Shown here one piece after another: positions 10,815-23,990 of a stretch of 64,000 bases of DNA (positions within the stretch are counted from its first letter, which is position 1; each line of letters starts with the position of its first letter). The DNA comes from Takakia lepidozioides (Eukaryota; Plantae; Bryophyta). Location: NCBI GenBank assembly GCA_030704615.1, contig JAKLZA010000360.1, positions 1 to 64,000 of the forward strand, in the 5' to 3' direction. Made by a program: the position numbers and the translations under genes. The notes below the pieces were generated by a model. The model had not been told where the DNA came from. It worked only from the letters and a program-made list of their open reading frames with translations, and ran no database searches.

Positions 10815-13800
10815 CTATGGGGTAGCAATTGTTTGTTTCTGCAGAATCGTGGTGCTCTTCACCCTGATTTCCTCCATTCCTCTCACTCTCTTCATTTTAG
10901 ACTCACAGAACTGTTTTGGCTGTAACAACTGCAGGAATGCCTGTAGTGCACAAAGCATAAACGTATGGTTGTCGCAGAAAGCTATGGGTAATTTCTTGTA
11001 AGCCTGCGGGGCTTGCAAGCATCGCTCAAGAGAAAAGCTCCGCTCTATCCTTTCGTGTCTATGCCACTGCGTAAGTAATATTGCGAGCGTATAGTCTGTT
11101 AGTTCCTCCATAGTTTCCAAGGTATAGCATTGATGGTCTGTCCTGTCGAGACGCCCGTTACTCAGAACGACGCCGCCTCTTGCGCTCAATTTCCCTCCAT
11201 TTTCTTGATCCTTTCTCTGGTTTTCTATTGGCTGTATCCGCTGTGACTGGATTTTAGATTTTATCTTCTTTAGTGGACTTTCCCTGTTGGATAGTCCACT
11301 AGGATCACACATGTGACAAGAATTCGGCTTTTCTGTACTTGCCGTTCGTTCCGTTTCCCTTTTTCCGTACTCATTAATGGGCCCGCCTTTCATCCCTTTT
11401 GACGGCCGTTCTTGTCCTCTTTCTTTTTGACACCTGTCCTTGCACTTCATTCTCGGCTGTGTGTCGCGCCCTGACCTCCACGTGTCTATTTTTAAAGTAA
11501 TTTCCGTTTCTTCTTCCTTCAGCCATTTTCCTGAAGTTATTATGTGTCCACTTGTCACTGATTCTATGGATCGTGTAACTTTAGTAGGCTGTGTTGAGCT
11601 GTGACAGGCTGTGTCATATTGTGTTACGTTGTGATAGGCTGTGATGCACTGTGGTAAGCTGTGATAGGCTGTGACACGTTGTGGTAGGTTGTGATAGGCT
11701 GTGTTGCGCCGTGCTGGGCTATGATAGGCTGTGTCACGTCGTGATGGGCTGTGATAGGCTGTGTTGCGCCGTGCTGGGCTGTGATAGGCTGTGTCACGTC
11801 GTGATGGGCTGTGATAGGCTGTGTTGCGCCTTGCTGGGCTGTGATAGGCTGTGTCACGTCGTGATGGGCTGTGATAGGCTGTGCTTTGCCTTGATGGGCT
11901 GTGATAGGATGTATCACGTTTGTTTTGCCCACCCTGGTCATATATGCTGGGCCTAGCGACAAGTGTTCCATACTCCGTTCGTAACACTGGTGCAGCCCGT
12001 GACTGCTCTTGCGGTTCAACATGCAAATCATGCTGCAGGGGTTTGTCATGGATACCACTGTACCCCTTCAACTTATTTGCATTGACTCTTCCCAGCATTT
12101 CTTTGTTAATGGTTTGTAACATGGCGGTGTTGTTATCATACATCTTTTGTATGACATAAGGTCCTTTCCACGGTGATTTAAGCTTAGAAGCTTGAATCTT
12201 TCCTTTCTTCTGCAACCATAGAACCAAATCCCCCGTCTTAAAAGTCTTTAACTTACCTTCATCAAACTGTTCCTTTCGCTTCATCTGAATTCTGGTCATA
12301 TTATCAGCTGCATCAGCACGTACTTCTTCCACATGGTATAATTCATGTTTCCTGACCTTGATGGAGTCTTGCAATTCCATTCTTTTTCCCCACTCCGTTC
12401 TCATGGTAGGTAACAGGAATTCCAATGGAAGTAAGGCTTCCATACCATAAACTAATTGGAATGGTGTATACTTAGTGGTGACTTTATATGAAGTCATGTA
12501 TGACCACAAAGCTGTCAGCAGCTTTGTATCCCAATCCGTTCTGTTTGCATTGACTATCTTAGCCAAGATAGTACATAGTATTTTGTTGGTAGCCTCTGCC
12601 TGCCCATTACCCTGCGGGTAATATGTTGTACTCTTTCTATGCACAATCATAAACTCTTTAGTCAACAACTCAATGGTCTCATTCATGAAGTGACTTCCTT
12701 GATCACTGATAAATTCTAAGGGACAGCCAAATCGTGTAAGTATGTTCTCGTACAGGAACCTTGCTGTGGACTTGGCTGTGTTGTCCCTCAAAGCTTTAGC
12801 TTCCACCCACTTTGTAGTATAATCAGTGGCTGTAATTATGTACCTGTTTCGTGTATTCTTGGATGGTGGGTTAATTGGTCCAACAAAGTCTAGTCCCCAT
12901 TTCTGAAATGGTTCCGTAGGCATTGTAGGATGCAAGGCCATCCTTCCAGTTCTGGCAAAGGTCCTAGCCTCTGACATTCATCACACTTCTGACAATACTC
13001 GTGTACATCTTTGAACAAAGTAGGCCACCAGTATCCTGCGAGTAGTATCTTTCTACTGGTAGTCTCTTCTCCAAAAATGACCTCCAGCCACTCCTTTATG
13101 AACTTCCGCCAAAACTTTATTTACTTCATGGTGGTACAAGCATCGTTTTAGTACTCCATCAGGTCCTAACTTATACATTCTGCTTCCTACCATAGTATAA
13201 GGTAAAGCTTTGATAGCGATTCTCTTCCTCTGCTCCTTACCATAACTAGGTGGGCACTGACCATGAGCAAGGTAGTATCTGATTGGCCACTGCCAATCTA
13301 ACCATTCATCTGCACTTCCTTGCACCTCCATTACAAATAAACTCGCATCAGGTAACTGATCGTCCACTCCTGTGGCGGCCTCTCCTGTTGTTAGTCGTGA
13401 CAAATGATCTGCCACAAGATGCAAACGGCCAGGCTTGTAAATAACCTCGAACTCAAACTCATGCAAGATTATTAACCATCTTGCTATTCTTCCGCTTATC
13501 AGAGGTTTGTTTACCAGGTATATCAGAGCCTGGTGATCCACATAGAACATAAACTTCTTGCCCAACAGGTAATGCCTGAATTTCTTCACTGCATAGATCA
13601 TTGCCAATGCTTCTCTTTCCGTTGTACTATAGTTCCTCTCAGCACTGTTCATCAACCGGCTAGCATAGTACACAGGTGAATCTATATTCCCTGTAACATT
13701 CTGGGCTAACACCGCTCCCAACGCTTCTCCTGATGCATCGCAATGAACATGGAATACTACATGCCAGTGAGGGTTAATCAGTACAGGTGTAGTTGTTACT

Positions 13801-16260
13801 GACAGTGTAAGTTCCTCAAATGCCTGTTGACATTCCGCTGTCCAGGCAAACACTGCATCTTTCTTCAGTAGTTTGCTCAATGGTGCTGCTATTTGTGCAT
13901 ACCTTTTGACAAATCTCCTGTAATAACTGGTTTGCCCAAGGAATCTTCGTAGACTTTTAACATTCACTGGTGGTGGAGAGGCTTTAATGGACTCTGTCTT
14001 TCTGGGATCCACAAGGAGTCCCTTCTTACACACAATGTGTCCCAGAAGCACCCCTGAGTTCACACAGAAAGTACACTTCTCTGGATTCAGGCCCAGACCT
14101 CTCATCCTGCATCTGGCCAAGCATAACTCCAATTTATGCAAGTGCTCATTCTTAGAGCTGTACACACTGAAATCATCCAAGAACACCTGCATGAAATCAT
14201 CCAGATACTCATGAAAAGATTCACTTATCACTCTCTGAAAGGTCGCTGGTGCATTACAAAGTCCAAAGGGCATGACTTTGTATGCATAAGCCCCCCAGTC
14301 TGTGATGAAAGCTGTTTTCCCTTGGTCTTCTTCTGCCACTTGCACTTGATTATAACCACTGAAGCCATCCATGAATGAGTACATCTCATGGCCTGCCACA
14401 GTGTCTAATACTGCTTCTGTGAATGGCAAAGGGAAAGGATCTTTCTTCGTACAAGCATTCAGCTTCTTATAGTTCACACATACTCTTAGTTTGCCATTCT
14501 TCTTGGGAACTATTACAATGGGTGACAACCAAGTTGTATACTCTATTGGGTATATAAACTTAGCCTCAGCCAACTTCTTTATCTCTTCTCCAACCTTCTG
14601 TGCGTAGTTGGGATTCATTCTATACCTCGCCTGCTTGATTGGTACTGACCCTGGTTCCAGTTCAATCTTATGCTGACAGACTTCAGGTGGTATCCCTTTT
14701 AGATCCTCATAGCTCCAAGCAAATACATCTCTGTATTTGATGAACAAGCTTTTAGCTTCTTCGAAGAATTCCGGCTCCAAATCAGCTCCTACTTTCACCA
14801 TCCTCGGTTCCTCTTTAGTTCCCACATTTACTTCTCTCACCTGCTCATCAGCTGTGATTGTCCAACCAGTCACCACTTCATCCTGTAAGCTCACAGTGGC
14901 TGGTTCTTCTAGGATTTCTATTTCTCCTTCTCTTTCTTCATATAAATGTGATGGGTAAATGCTGGTTTCTTCTTCAGTTGGTGTTGCTGTCACTACACCA
15001 CAGCAGATACCTCTCAAACAACTTAGGCTTTCCAGCCGCATCTCTGCAACCTGCTCCCACTCTGGGTGTGCAGCAAATAGGGTAGCTTCCTGCTCCTCAT
15101 CCAGTCCTCCTCTCCAGTCATACTCTCTGACTCCTCGAGGTCTTCTTGTAGCAGGTAATCTACTAGATTTCTTTGTGGTAATTTGTATCTCGTGTATCCC
15201 ATTATGCACGGTTAGTAACTGAGAATTCCAGTCATGGAATACCCTGACCTGTTTCAGCCACGGACGTCCCAATAATAAGGAGTAAGCCTCCATGACTTCA
15301 TCCATTTTTAATACAGTTACTGTGATCATAAAGATCATTTTCTGTATCTGTATCTTAACTCCTCTTATTAATCCCAATGGCTGTACACTTCTTTGATCTG
15401 CCATTGTTACTGTAAATGGGGCTGGTTTCATGTTACTTAGACCAAGCTTCTTCCTTAATTGGTCTGTCATGATATTTACTCCAGAACCACCATCTATCAG
15501 TACATCAGTTAGTTCTGTGCTTCCAATTCTCAATTGGATTACTGACATAGAATCATCAAAGTCCATGACTGGTTCTCGCCCTTCCGGCTTCACATTATAA
15601 CTGGTCACCTTGCTGTTCAGGTCTGTGTTTCCTGTCTCTTGGGCAATTCGATTGATTGCTTGATACAGCCTGTGCCTACAATAAGGTGCCACAGCTAATA
15701 GCTGTCCAATGGTAATTTCTGCTTTGGTCTGACATATTACTGCAGCCAAAGTCTCTTCATTACTTTGCATGTCTGCATCTTCTTTTTTCCTTTCTTCCTC
15801 ACTCCCTTCTTTTTCTCCATCCGAATCAGAGGAATCTGCCACAGGAATATCAGTACTCTTTTGCATTTTCCTTATAGTATCTGCCACTTCCTTGTGCAGT
15901 TCCTTCTCATCTTTCCAAGTCTCTTCATCTTCAGGCATATCATTGCCACTTCCAGTCTCATCTTCTTCCTCTTCTACTGGAGGTATTAGTTTGGCTTTAC
16001 TTCTTGTTACTATCATTGTACTTACTTCTGGTACAACACATGGCCTAACCATGTGAGCTGCCACCACTGGGCCCTCATTCACAGGAGCTCTCATCTCATT
16101 CTGGTGTCTTATCCAGAATGAACAGGCTGCCTTGCGATGTCCTGGCTGATTACAATAGTAACATAGCTCTTCACCATTGGGTCCTCGCCCTTGGTCTGTT
16201 CTTGGATTATTTCTATAATCCTGATTCTCGGGCTGGTAATTCCCCTTTGGATTACCCTGA
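10815..16260 (-). pseudogene. pol: pol (PR-RT-RNase H-INT), frameshifted
   Basis: LIDGGS protease, YSFMDGFSGYNQ and VFLDDF RT, CDAS RNase H, WGLDFVGP/SDQG/QAE integrase. One extra base at ~13075 and one missing base at ~12953. Confidence 0.95.
11590..11915 (-). repeat. 30-bp tandem repeat encoding (TAYHSPxRR[D/N])n in the integrase C-terminal extension
   Basis: GGGCTGTGATAGGCTGTG units on the + strand. Confidence 0.95.
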
Positions 16261-16261
16261 T

Positions 16262-16768
16262 AGCTGTCACGATCATAGGGAACGAAGAGTAGGACAGGGA
16301 ACGACTGTGGGGAACAACACCTGCGAAGGGAACATGTTAGTTCACAGACGACGGTTAGTGAGGGAAACGGTTAGAACCGCGGATAGGAAGATAAAGGGAG
16401 AAACGGGGAAGAGAGGGATATCATTCGGAGGAGGACTTCTGGGTGATAAAGGAGAGAGGATATTCGGAGGAGGACTTCTTGGTCATGGAGGAGAGGGGAT
16501 CGGGCAGAGATGAAGAACGGAAGTGAAGATAGAGAGATGATGAATAGATGCTTGATATATGCAAGGCTGTAATGATATTGTAGAGGAGATTAGAGACACA
16601 ATGGCTTCGGCCTGATACCTGATAAATCATAATCGGATACTTTTACGATACAAACACATTGTGTAGAGAGATCTGAGTGAAGCTGTGGAATGAATGGATG
16701 AGTTGATGGAATCCAATAGATTGATAAAGCAAACTGATACTTAATTATCAATGGTAAGATAGTTAACA
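16262..16768 (+). repeat. 5'-truncated LTR
   Basis: Matches 35572-36078. The 3' boundary is inferred from TAACA, the inverse of the LTR start TGTTA. Confidence 0.7.
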
Positions 16769-16825
16769 TGAATACCAAAAGGGAAACAAATAGGAAACAC
16801 CCCCATGATACACTAGCTGTAGGTC

Positions 16826-17521
16826 ATGACTGATTGTTCTGCGCGGGCTGAGTACTTAGAGATTTCCAACTCTTCAATCTTGGAGTTTCCGCCTCGAATA
16901 GCGAAGGGATGGGTGAGTAAAAGCCGCGCGACATTTGGCGACCATACTGGGGACCTGGGACATGAACAACCAGATGTGACAGGCATCTGGTGGGATCATG
17001 GTGGTTGGACCATTAAAGAATTTGAAGTGAATCAAATTCCCTGTGGAACGAAGGAAGAAAGATTGTCCAAACAATTCTTTCAAAGGTTCTTGGAATTGCC
17101 AGACGGTTGTAAAGAAAATATTCTTAAACGAGTGCATGATGCTGATCCAGAATGGGGTCTGGAGAAAGGAGTGATAAAGATTTATCAGGTAGCCTGTAGA
17201 GGAAGAGCACGTTGGTTACCAACATTGGTTTATGTGATAGCATTGCTATCCATTAAACGAGTAGAGTTTGAAGGCTGGGAAGAAAGAAAGGTGAATGTTT
17301 ATACTCATATGCATGAAGAGCTGGTACTGGTAAAGAATTGGATTCCAAAGGATATTTTGTGGATCAAACTCACACCAAGAACAGCTTTTCAGACTTGTTT
17401 GCCATATGGTTATATGGTAACGGAGACTTCAAGTATAGCCAAGGGTGCATTGAAGCTTGAAAGAAACCCAGGCATATACGAGAGATATTACAGAAGAGAG
17501 TTTTGGTTATTGCCACATTAA
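16826..17521 (+). CDS. ORF0, 231-aa extra ORF upstream of gag, unknown function (weak F-box-like motif)
   Basis: Intact ATG-started ORF in all three units; contains RFLELPDGCKENILKRV. Confidence 0.7.
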   Translation: MTDCSARAEYLEISNSSILEFPPRIAKGWVSKSRATFGDHTGDLGHEQPDVTGIWWDHGGWTIKEFEVNQIPCGTKEERLSKQFFQRFLELPDGCKENILKRVHDADPEWGLEKGVIKIYQVACRGRARWLPTLVYVIALLSIKRVEFEGWEERKVNVYTHMHEELVLVKNWIPKDILWIKLTPRTAFQTCLPYGYMVTETSSIAKGALKLERNPGIYERYYRREFWLLPH

Positions 17522-17542
17522 AAGAAATGAAAGACATGGGAC

Positions 17543-19193
17543 ATGAGTGATGAAAGAGAAGCTAGACGACAGAGATATTCAGCAAAAAGAGAAAGCTATC
17601 TGAAAGCTAATTATCCATATCTTTGGGAGAGAGGAATAGACATAGGGGAATCATCTGGACCTCTCACACCATCAAGATCAAAGAGTGCATCACCTATACC
17701 GGAAGAACTAGAGTTGGATGCCACTCCTTCTGTTTCTTTGCAAGAAAGATTAAGGGAATTGGTACAGGAAGAAGATCAATCACGAGGTGAAAGATCTGAG
17801 GTACATCCTTGGATAAAAGACTTGACAGAAATCTTTGATAAGAGTTGGCATGGAACACCAAAAGCAGGAACTCCAGTTTCTGAAGCAGAAGGTGAAGAAG
17901 GAGAAGAGGATGTGGCAGAGCCAACGGAGAGTTCAGACTCTCCAACACCATTACAGTTGAGTTACATGAGTGAAGAAGAAACCCAAGGGCAGAACTTGGA
18001 GGATGAAAACAGAGAGAAGAAATTAGAAGAGGAAGAATATGAAGAAGTAGACCCAACAGCTGAGGTTGAGACTACAACCAGGACATCCCAACCCGTTGGA
18101 CCTGGATCAAGTGGAGCACTTGGATCACAGGCCAACGAAGGTGTCGGCTCAGGGGGATCAGGCGGGCTGCCTGGATCTGGCTCTGGGGGACAGGGAGTGT
18201 GGGAAGTAGTGCAACTGAAGCTGGGAATACTGTGAATATCGTGGGGCCAGAAGCAAGGAGTGCTCAAGGGCCACCACTTGGTGGAAGATCCACCGCAAAA
18301 ACAACAGGTCCAGAAGGACCAGCACCAACAAGGGTGCCAGCACCTGTCAGTGGGCAGAAGGTAGGGCCACGGATGGCGTTACAACCAACACGGGCAAAAC
18401 CACCCTTTCCAATATATTCAGGAAAAGGGGATCCCGATGTACACATTAGCCAATTTGAGCACATGTGTATAGTGAACAATGAGAATGGCGATGATGCCAA
18501 GATGAAACTGTTTCCTTGTTCACTTATCAAGAAAGCAAGTGAATGGTATGCAAGATTCCCTGATAATCATTTCCTAACCTGGAATGGCTTGAATACAACA
18601 TTTCGAAATAGGTTCAGGACAAGTAAAACTGAGGATGAAGTGTATGGAAGTTTACAACAGCTGAAGCAGAAGAAGCATGAAACTGTTGAAGAGTATATGG
18701 AGAAGATGGAATTGATGATGAAAAAGCTGGCTGCAGTACCAGCGCCCGGTTTACAGAAGACTTGGTTTGTGAGTGGACTAAGACCAGAGTTGCAAAAGAA
18801 AGTGGACATGTTACCCCATAATACAGTGGAGGAGGCATATGAAACTGCGAACAGAATTGAGCAATTGGGAATGCTCAGGAGAGAGAAAAAAGAAGATGAG
18901 GACTCTGAGGATGAGTCAGATGAAGAAGAAGAGCAAGAACTAAAAAGAAAGAGTAAGAGAAAGGAGAAGTTGAAGAGGGATAACTATGAAAAAAAATCGG
19001 AAGAAATCTTGAAGAAGTATGCCACAGAGGCTGCAACACATTGGAGGAAGGGTGTATGGTGTGCAAAGTGCCAAAATGAAGGCCATACCACCACAGAATG
19101 CCACATGAAGGAGAAACACTGTACTATCTGTAAAATGGATAACCATTCTACTGAGAATTGTTACTACAACAGAAGGACAGCTGCAAGAGAACC
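17543..19193 (+). pseudogene. gag: gag N-terminal part (retrotransposon gag domain, 2 CCHC knuckles); 1-bp frameshift at ~18187; interrupted by element B
   Basis: YSGKGDPDVHISQFE...KASEWY...LKQKKHETVEEY; CAKCQNEGHTTTEC and CTICKMDNHSTENC. G5 run here versus G6 in the other units. Confidence 0.9.
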
Positions 19194-19885
19194 GAGGTTT
19201 ACTATTTCATGAGCGCATGAGCGCATGAGCCCATGAGCCTATGAGCTCATGAGCGGACATCCGCGGAATTGGAATTTTCCTGCCTTTATTGACGGTGTTA
19301 TGTCCTCTTACCTCGGTAATAGGGTCTGTTTCTCCTGGTCCAGGATGCGGAATGAGGTATTTCGGCGCCATTATTCCCAAGAGCAGTGTGCTAAAATGGT
19401 GTTTTGAAGACATCCACCGGGGTATTTCGGCACCAAAATTACCTCTTAAAATGTGATATAGTGCGGTATTTAATGGCGCAGAACGGGCTATTTGGGCGCC
19501 GAAATACCCAAGTGGAATGTGCTGAAGTGCCTTGTGCTGAAGGCTTCCATCGCGATATTTTGGTACAGTAATTCATCCGTGGAATTTTTGAGGCCCATAT
19601 AACGAAGGCGCGCATTGGGCTATTTCGGCGCCAAATTTCCCAATATGAATGTTAGAAACGGCAGGGTTTTCATGGCTTCAAGTTCTCGGCTCGATGGTGT
19701 GCATAAATTACTTGTAGGGTTCTTCAATGAAGTTTGCGTCTCTTCTGCTTTTATTATACATTTTGGTTGGCGGAAGAAATGTAGGGAATCGGACAAGCAG
19801 TCTGAACACAATGATTTTTCAAATCGTCAATATTTTCATTAAGTGTTTCAGAACTGTACAACAAAAGGATCCAAATGAGACTTTG

Positions 19886-21540
19886 CTATGGTGAGGATCC
19901 GCTATCACTGTCCGATGCATCCCCGGCCTCATGCAAGGATGGCTGCCTTCCACCTGCCTCCGAACCTGCACTGCCGCTACCGCTGTTACTCTGAGAAGCC
20001 CTCCCCTCAAAAATACCATCCTCACCAGCCGGAACTGTCCACCTGGGTGCGGAAGTGTCCTCAACATTCCCCTCGCTCTCGGACGCGGATTCTATTACGA
20101 ACTTCCCTACTCTGCCTTTCACAATTCTATGTTTGGCCTCACGCCTCATTATAATTCTCTGCTCATTCCCGTATGTCAATTGCTCTAACCGAGTAGGCCT
20201 ATCCTCCCTGCTGATGGCTTCTCTGGCAGCCGTGTCTGCATAGGCTGGTAGAAAAAAAGGCTTCTGGGGACTCGCGAGAAACGATTTTCTGGCAAAGAAT
20301 GGCCGATGCGATTCTGTCTCTTCCTCTGCAACAGGGTCCGATTCGGGCAAGTCTCCCAGCTTCTCCTCGTCGGACGACTCTGCAAGGCTGAGTGTACGCA
20401 CAAACGTAGAATGAAGTACATTAGAGAATTCAAACAGGGAATCATCGGCAGGTTGCATGGTCCCTACAACCGAAACCAATACACTTACTATGGTGCAACT
20501 CACTCGAAGACAGGCATTGGGGGAAGCGGCTTCGGGCGCCCCTGCATCGAACGAATTTCCTGGACTTCCTCCTCTTCATCTTCCTCCTCCCCTTCCACGT
20601 CATCTTCTGCGTTTTTGGGATCCTCAGTCGGAGGCAAACGCTGAAGGCCCGCCAAATTGTAATCGTACAAGGCCGTATCCCCCTCAAATGAGAACACAAA
20701 TCGGTTCGACATCCTTCCCGCCCACATACAGGCACCTGCAAATTCATACGACACAACCACAACCAAACTCAAGAATGAGTCGCTTCCTCGCACAAGCAAA
20801 CATACACAAACGGAAATGGTGTCAATTTTGGTGCCGCATTCAATTAACGTTCTCACCTGTATTTGCAGTGATGTCGAGGACCCTGCCTTCAACATCCGTA
20901 CATGTTTCCATGAGCGTCTGGGATGAATGCAGGACTCCTGGTCCTGCCATACCTCCATGGCTTGCCCGACAAATCACAAAGAATGTCCTTCTCTCCAACA
21001 TGGTTGAACAGGACGTTATACTCCAGTGGATCAACTATGGAATCAACAAGTCTTCCTGTTTCACGTAATTTGAATTTCTAATGTTTCTTCACGAAGCAAA
21101 ATGCCTGAAAGATAAGAGTCTGCAGAGAAGGAAATGTCCTGGAGGTTTTGCTCCTCCGCAAGCTCCAGCAGGTTCTGATCGTCGCCAAGTCGTACCACGT
21201 TGTCGTCCTCTCCTTCTGTCAGCTCAATGGGCCGCCCTTCTGCAGATCCAATTCCCACATCTCCAGCGGCCTCCACCGCATCCGTGTTTTTTGAAATTGA
21301 CTGCAAACCCAATATCTCTGCTTCCAGTCTCCGTAGGGGTTTTACTGGCGAAGCCATGGGCTCCTTCTGCTTCCTCGACTTCCGAACTCTAGGTGGGCTT
21401 TTCTGAGGCGATATCTGAGGTGTTGAATGAGGACTCGCCTGCCTCGATGCACTTCCACCTTGCGAGCGCAGCACCCGGGCAGGAGTATCCAAAGTTGACT
21501 GTGTTGCTTCGCCCCCCTGCGATCCCTCCCCAGCTCCCAT
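19886..21540 (-). pseudogene. Internally deleted homologue of the element A ParB-MTase gene (N-terminus plus motif X-I exons and tail)
   Basis: SPVKPLRRLEAEIL matches A's SPAKPLPRAEAQFL. METCTDVEGRVLDITANTG, then an intron at the same position as in A, then GACMWAGRMSNRFVFSFEGD. RWTVPAGEDGIFE matches RWTVPQGEDGIFE. ParB and motif IV exons are missing (junction ~21070-21130). Confidence 0.8.
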
Positions 21541-22204
21541 GTCAAACAAACAGGAAAACATGAGACACTGCACGCAAAAAAAAGGTGTAAAAGGAATATT
21601 GCGTATGGAGTGCTTCACATCCGCAAAGCACGAATCTCTCACTGGTGGGCGATCCGAGTCTCCGGATAACGAGGTCTACATTTCATGCATGAGACGGAGC
21701 TTAAGTCGTGTCGTCGGCGGCTTCCCAAAATCCCGCGTCCTCCTTCTCTTTGCCGGAGTCACCTGACCTTCCACAAACTCTATGCTACCACTATGCCGCA
21801 TAAGGAGAGGAAACGCAGGAGAATGTCACTGCAGAAGGGCAAGGAGCGAGAGAGCGAAGCGGTGGAACATGCAACCACTCTACACGAGCAGATGTGTAAG
21901 CAGCCACGTCTCCCGAAGCGTTGCCACCGTCCACCACTTTTTGCCGTATGGGTGATGAAGAGATTGTGACCCCTGACACGTTCGCACGGATGAAGTCGAC
22001 TGGAACACGACGCGTGCCAGTTCCAGCCACCAGTACAAGATGGTTTATCCGAATTGCGGCACCGAAATACCTTCCGTTCACCGGATGCTGTTCCCGGAGC
22101 AGCCGACATTGAATGAAATATCCGCACATCATGAAACCTAACCGCCATGAAAATCCCCTGCCTATGACATTCAACAGTCAGGTCGGTACGTTTCATCAGC
22201 GGAC

Positions 22205-23990
22205 GGATGAATTTCGGCGCCGAAATTCATCCTATTCAAGTGCTTTCGTACACAAACTTACAAATTTCGGCGCCGCAATTCATCGCTTCCCAAGTCCTCA
22301 TTCGTCATGAGCAAACCTGTCAGTGGGATATCGGAGCCGGAATTAATTCCGGAACAGTGGAAACGGCTGCACTTGGGCACATTTCATCCATATTTCGGCG
22401 CCGAAATTCATTACGAATATCTCCGTCCACGCGTAGACGAGGTGAAATCATCCATATTTCGGCGCCGAAATTCATCCAGAGCGAAGACTAAATCGGCACC
22501 ATGCTATGCTTTGCCGCCATCATTGCCCTTGACGGATGCTGTCCATGCCTGTTGGACTTGCCATTTCTGGACATTTAACTATAATTTCGGCGCCGAAATT
22601 ATACTTTATGTGCGGCAACGTCCCGTGCGAAAAAGACCACTTAATGGATACTGTCGATTTCAAATGAAAAAAACAGCTAAAATACAATTAATTTTGACAG
22701 AATGGGTTCAATATGCCGATTTTTCCATTAAATGCAGAATATTCCTGTTATCTTCGTCGGAACGGGGTATTTCCAACGATTTACGGAAAATTATGTCATC
22801 CAAAAGCAAATAGTAAGTGTCGGGTTTGGACGAATTTCGGCGCCGAAATTCATCCGTCGCATAGAAAATGTAATATTAGAGTTACTCATTGCGGACAGTA
22901 AGGATGAATTTCGGCACCGAAATTCATCCATTTCAAAGAAAAATAAATATTGGAGGGAGGGCATTGGATGAATTTCGGCGCCAAAATACGGCGCTCAAAC
23001 CCTGAAAAGAATTTGGAGGGATGGAGTCGATTGAATTTCGGAGCCGAAATTCATTGCTCGCGAAGAAAAATAAATAAATTCGGGAGGACTTCGGATGAAT
23101 TTCGGCGCCGAAATTCATTGCTCGCGAAGAAAAAAAAAAATCGGGAGGACTTCGGATGAATTTCGGCGCCGAAATTCATTGCTCGCGAAGAAAAAAAATA
23201 ATTCGGGAGGACTTCGGATGAATTTCGGCGCCGAAATTCATTGCTCGCGAAGAAAAAAAATAAATTTGGGAGGACTTCGGATGAATTTCGGCGCCGAAAT
23301 TCATTGCTCGCGGAGAAAAAAATAAATTCGGGAGGACTTCGGACGAATTTCGGCGCCGAAATTCATTGCTCGCGGAGAAAAAAATAAATTCGGGAGGACT
23401 TCGGATGAATTTCGGCGCCGAAATTCATTGCTCGCGAAGAAAAAGGAAAATTAGAAGGGAGGACTTGGATGAGATTCGGCGCCGAAGTTCATCTGTCGCA
23501 AAGAAAAAAAAAAAAAAAAAAAAAAAACTTCAGATGAATTTCGGCACCGAAATCCATCCGCAGGGCAGCAGAATTAGGGTCGGAAAAGGAGATGAAGAAT
23601 GAATTTCGGCGCCGAAATACATCCATTCTGCCGATTCAGGATTATTGTCATTCGGATGTCGGCACCGATATCCGGACACGTGGTGAATCACGACTGTAAT
23701 CAGGAACACATTCATCTGTATTTTGGCATCCAAATTCAACTCTCATGTGCAGAAACAATTTGATGAAGAAGATGTTCATCCGAATTTTGGCACCGAAATC
23801 CATCCGTTGGATGCTTGGTCAGTTTCATGAGGTGAACAAATTACTACTTCTGTCGCCGGAATTCATCCCCTGGCTTCCAAAGTTGTTACATGACAGAGAT
23901 GTTCATCCAGATTTCAGTGCCGAAATTCATGGGAAGGCCTGATTTATTGTAGCCCAAGTGGTTGTACATTACAATTCAGGCACCAAATAT
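22205..23990. repeat. Element B palindrome field ATGAATTTCGGCGCCGAAATTCAT (about 25 copies), including ~7 near-identical ~62-bp tandem units with A-tracts (23030-23460)
   Basis: Core positions 22216, 22269, 22333, 22397, 22461, 22589, 22839, 22913, 22977, 23040, 23104, 23165, 23227, 23290, 23352, 23414, 23478, 23543, 23608, 23661, 23725, 23789, 23852, 23916, 23979. Confidence 0.95.

Larger units (their letters stand above)
9721..16263 (-). mobile_element. Inverted partial copy of the Ty3/gypsy element (end of gag, pol, 5' third of ORF3)
   Basis: Near-identical reverse complement of ~26199-32738. Interrupted at 9721 by element A and joined to a truncated LTR at 16262. Confidence 0.95.

Noticed and set aside
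23030-23460. CRISPR-like 62-bp array
   Set aside because: The spacers are near-identical, so this is a tandem repeat.
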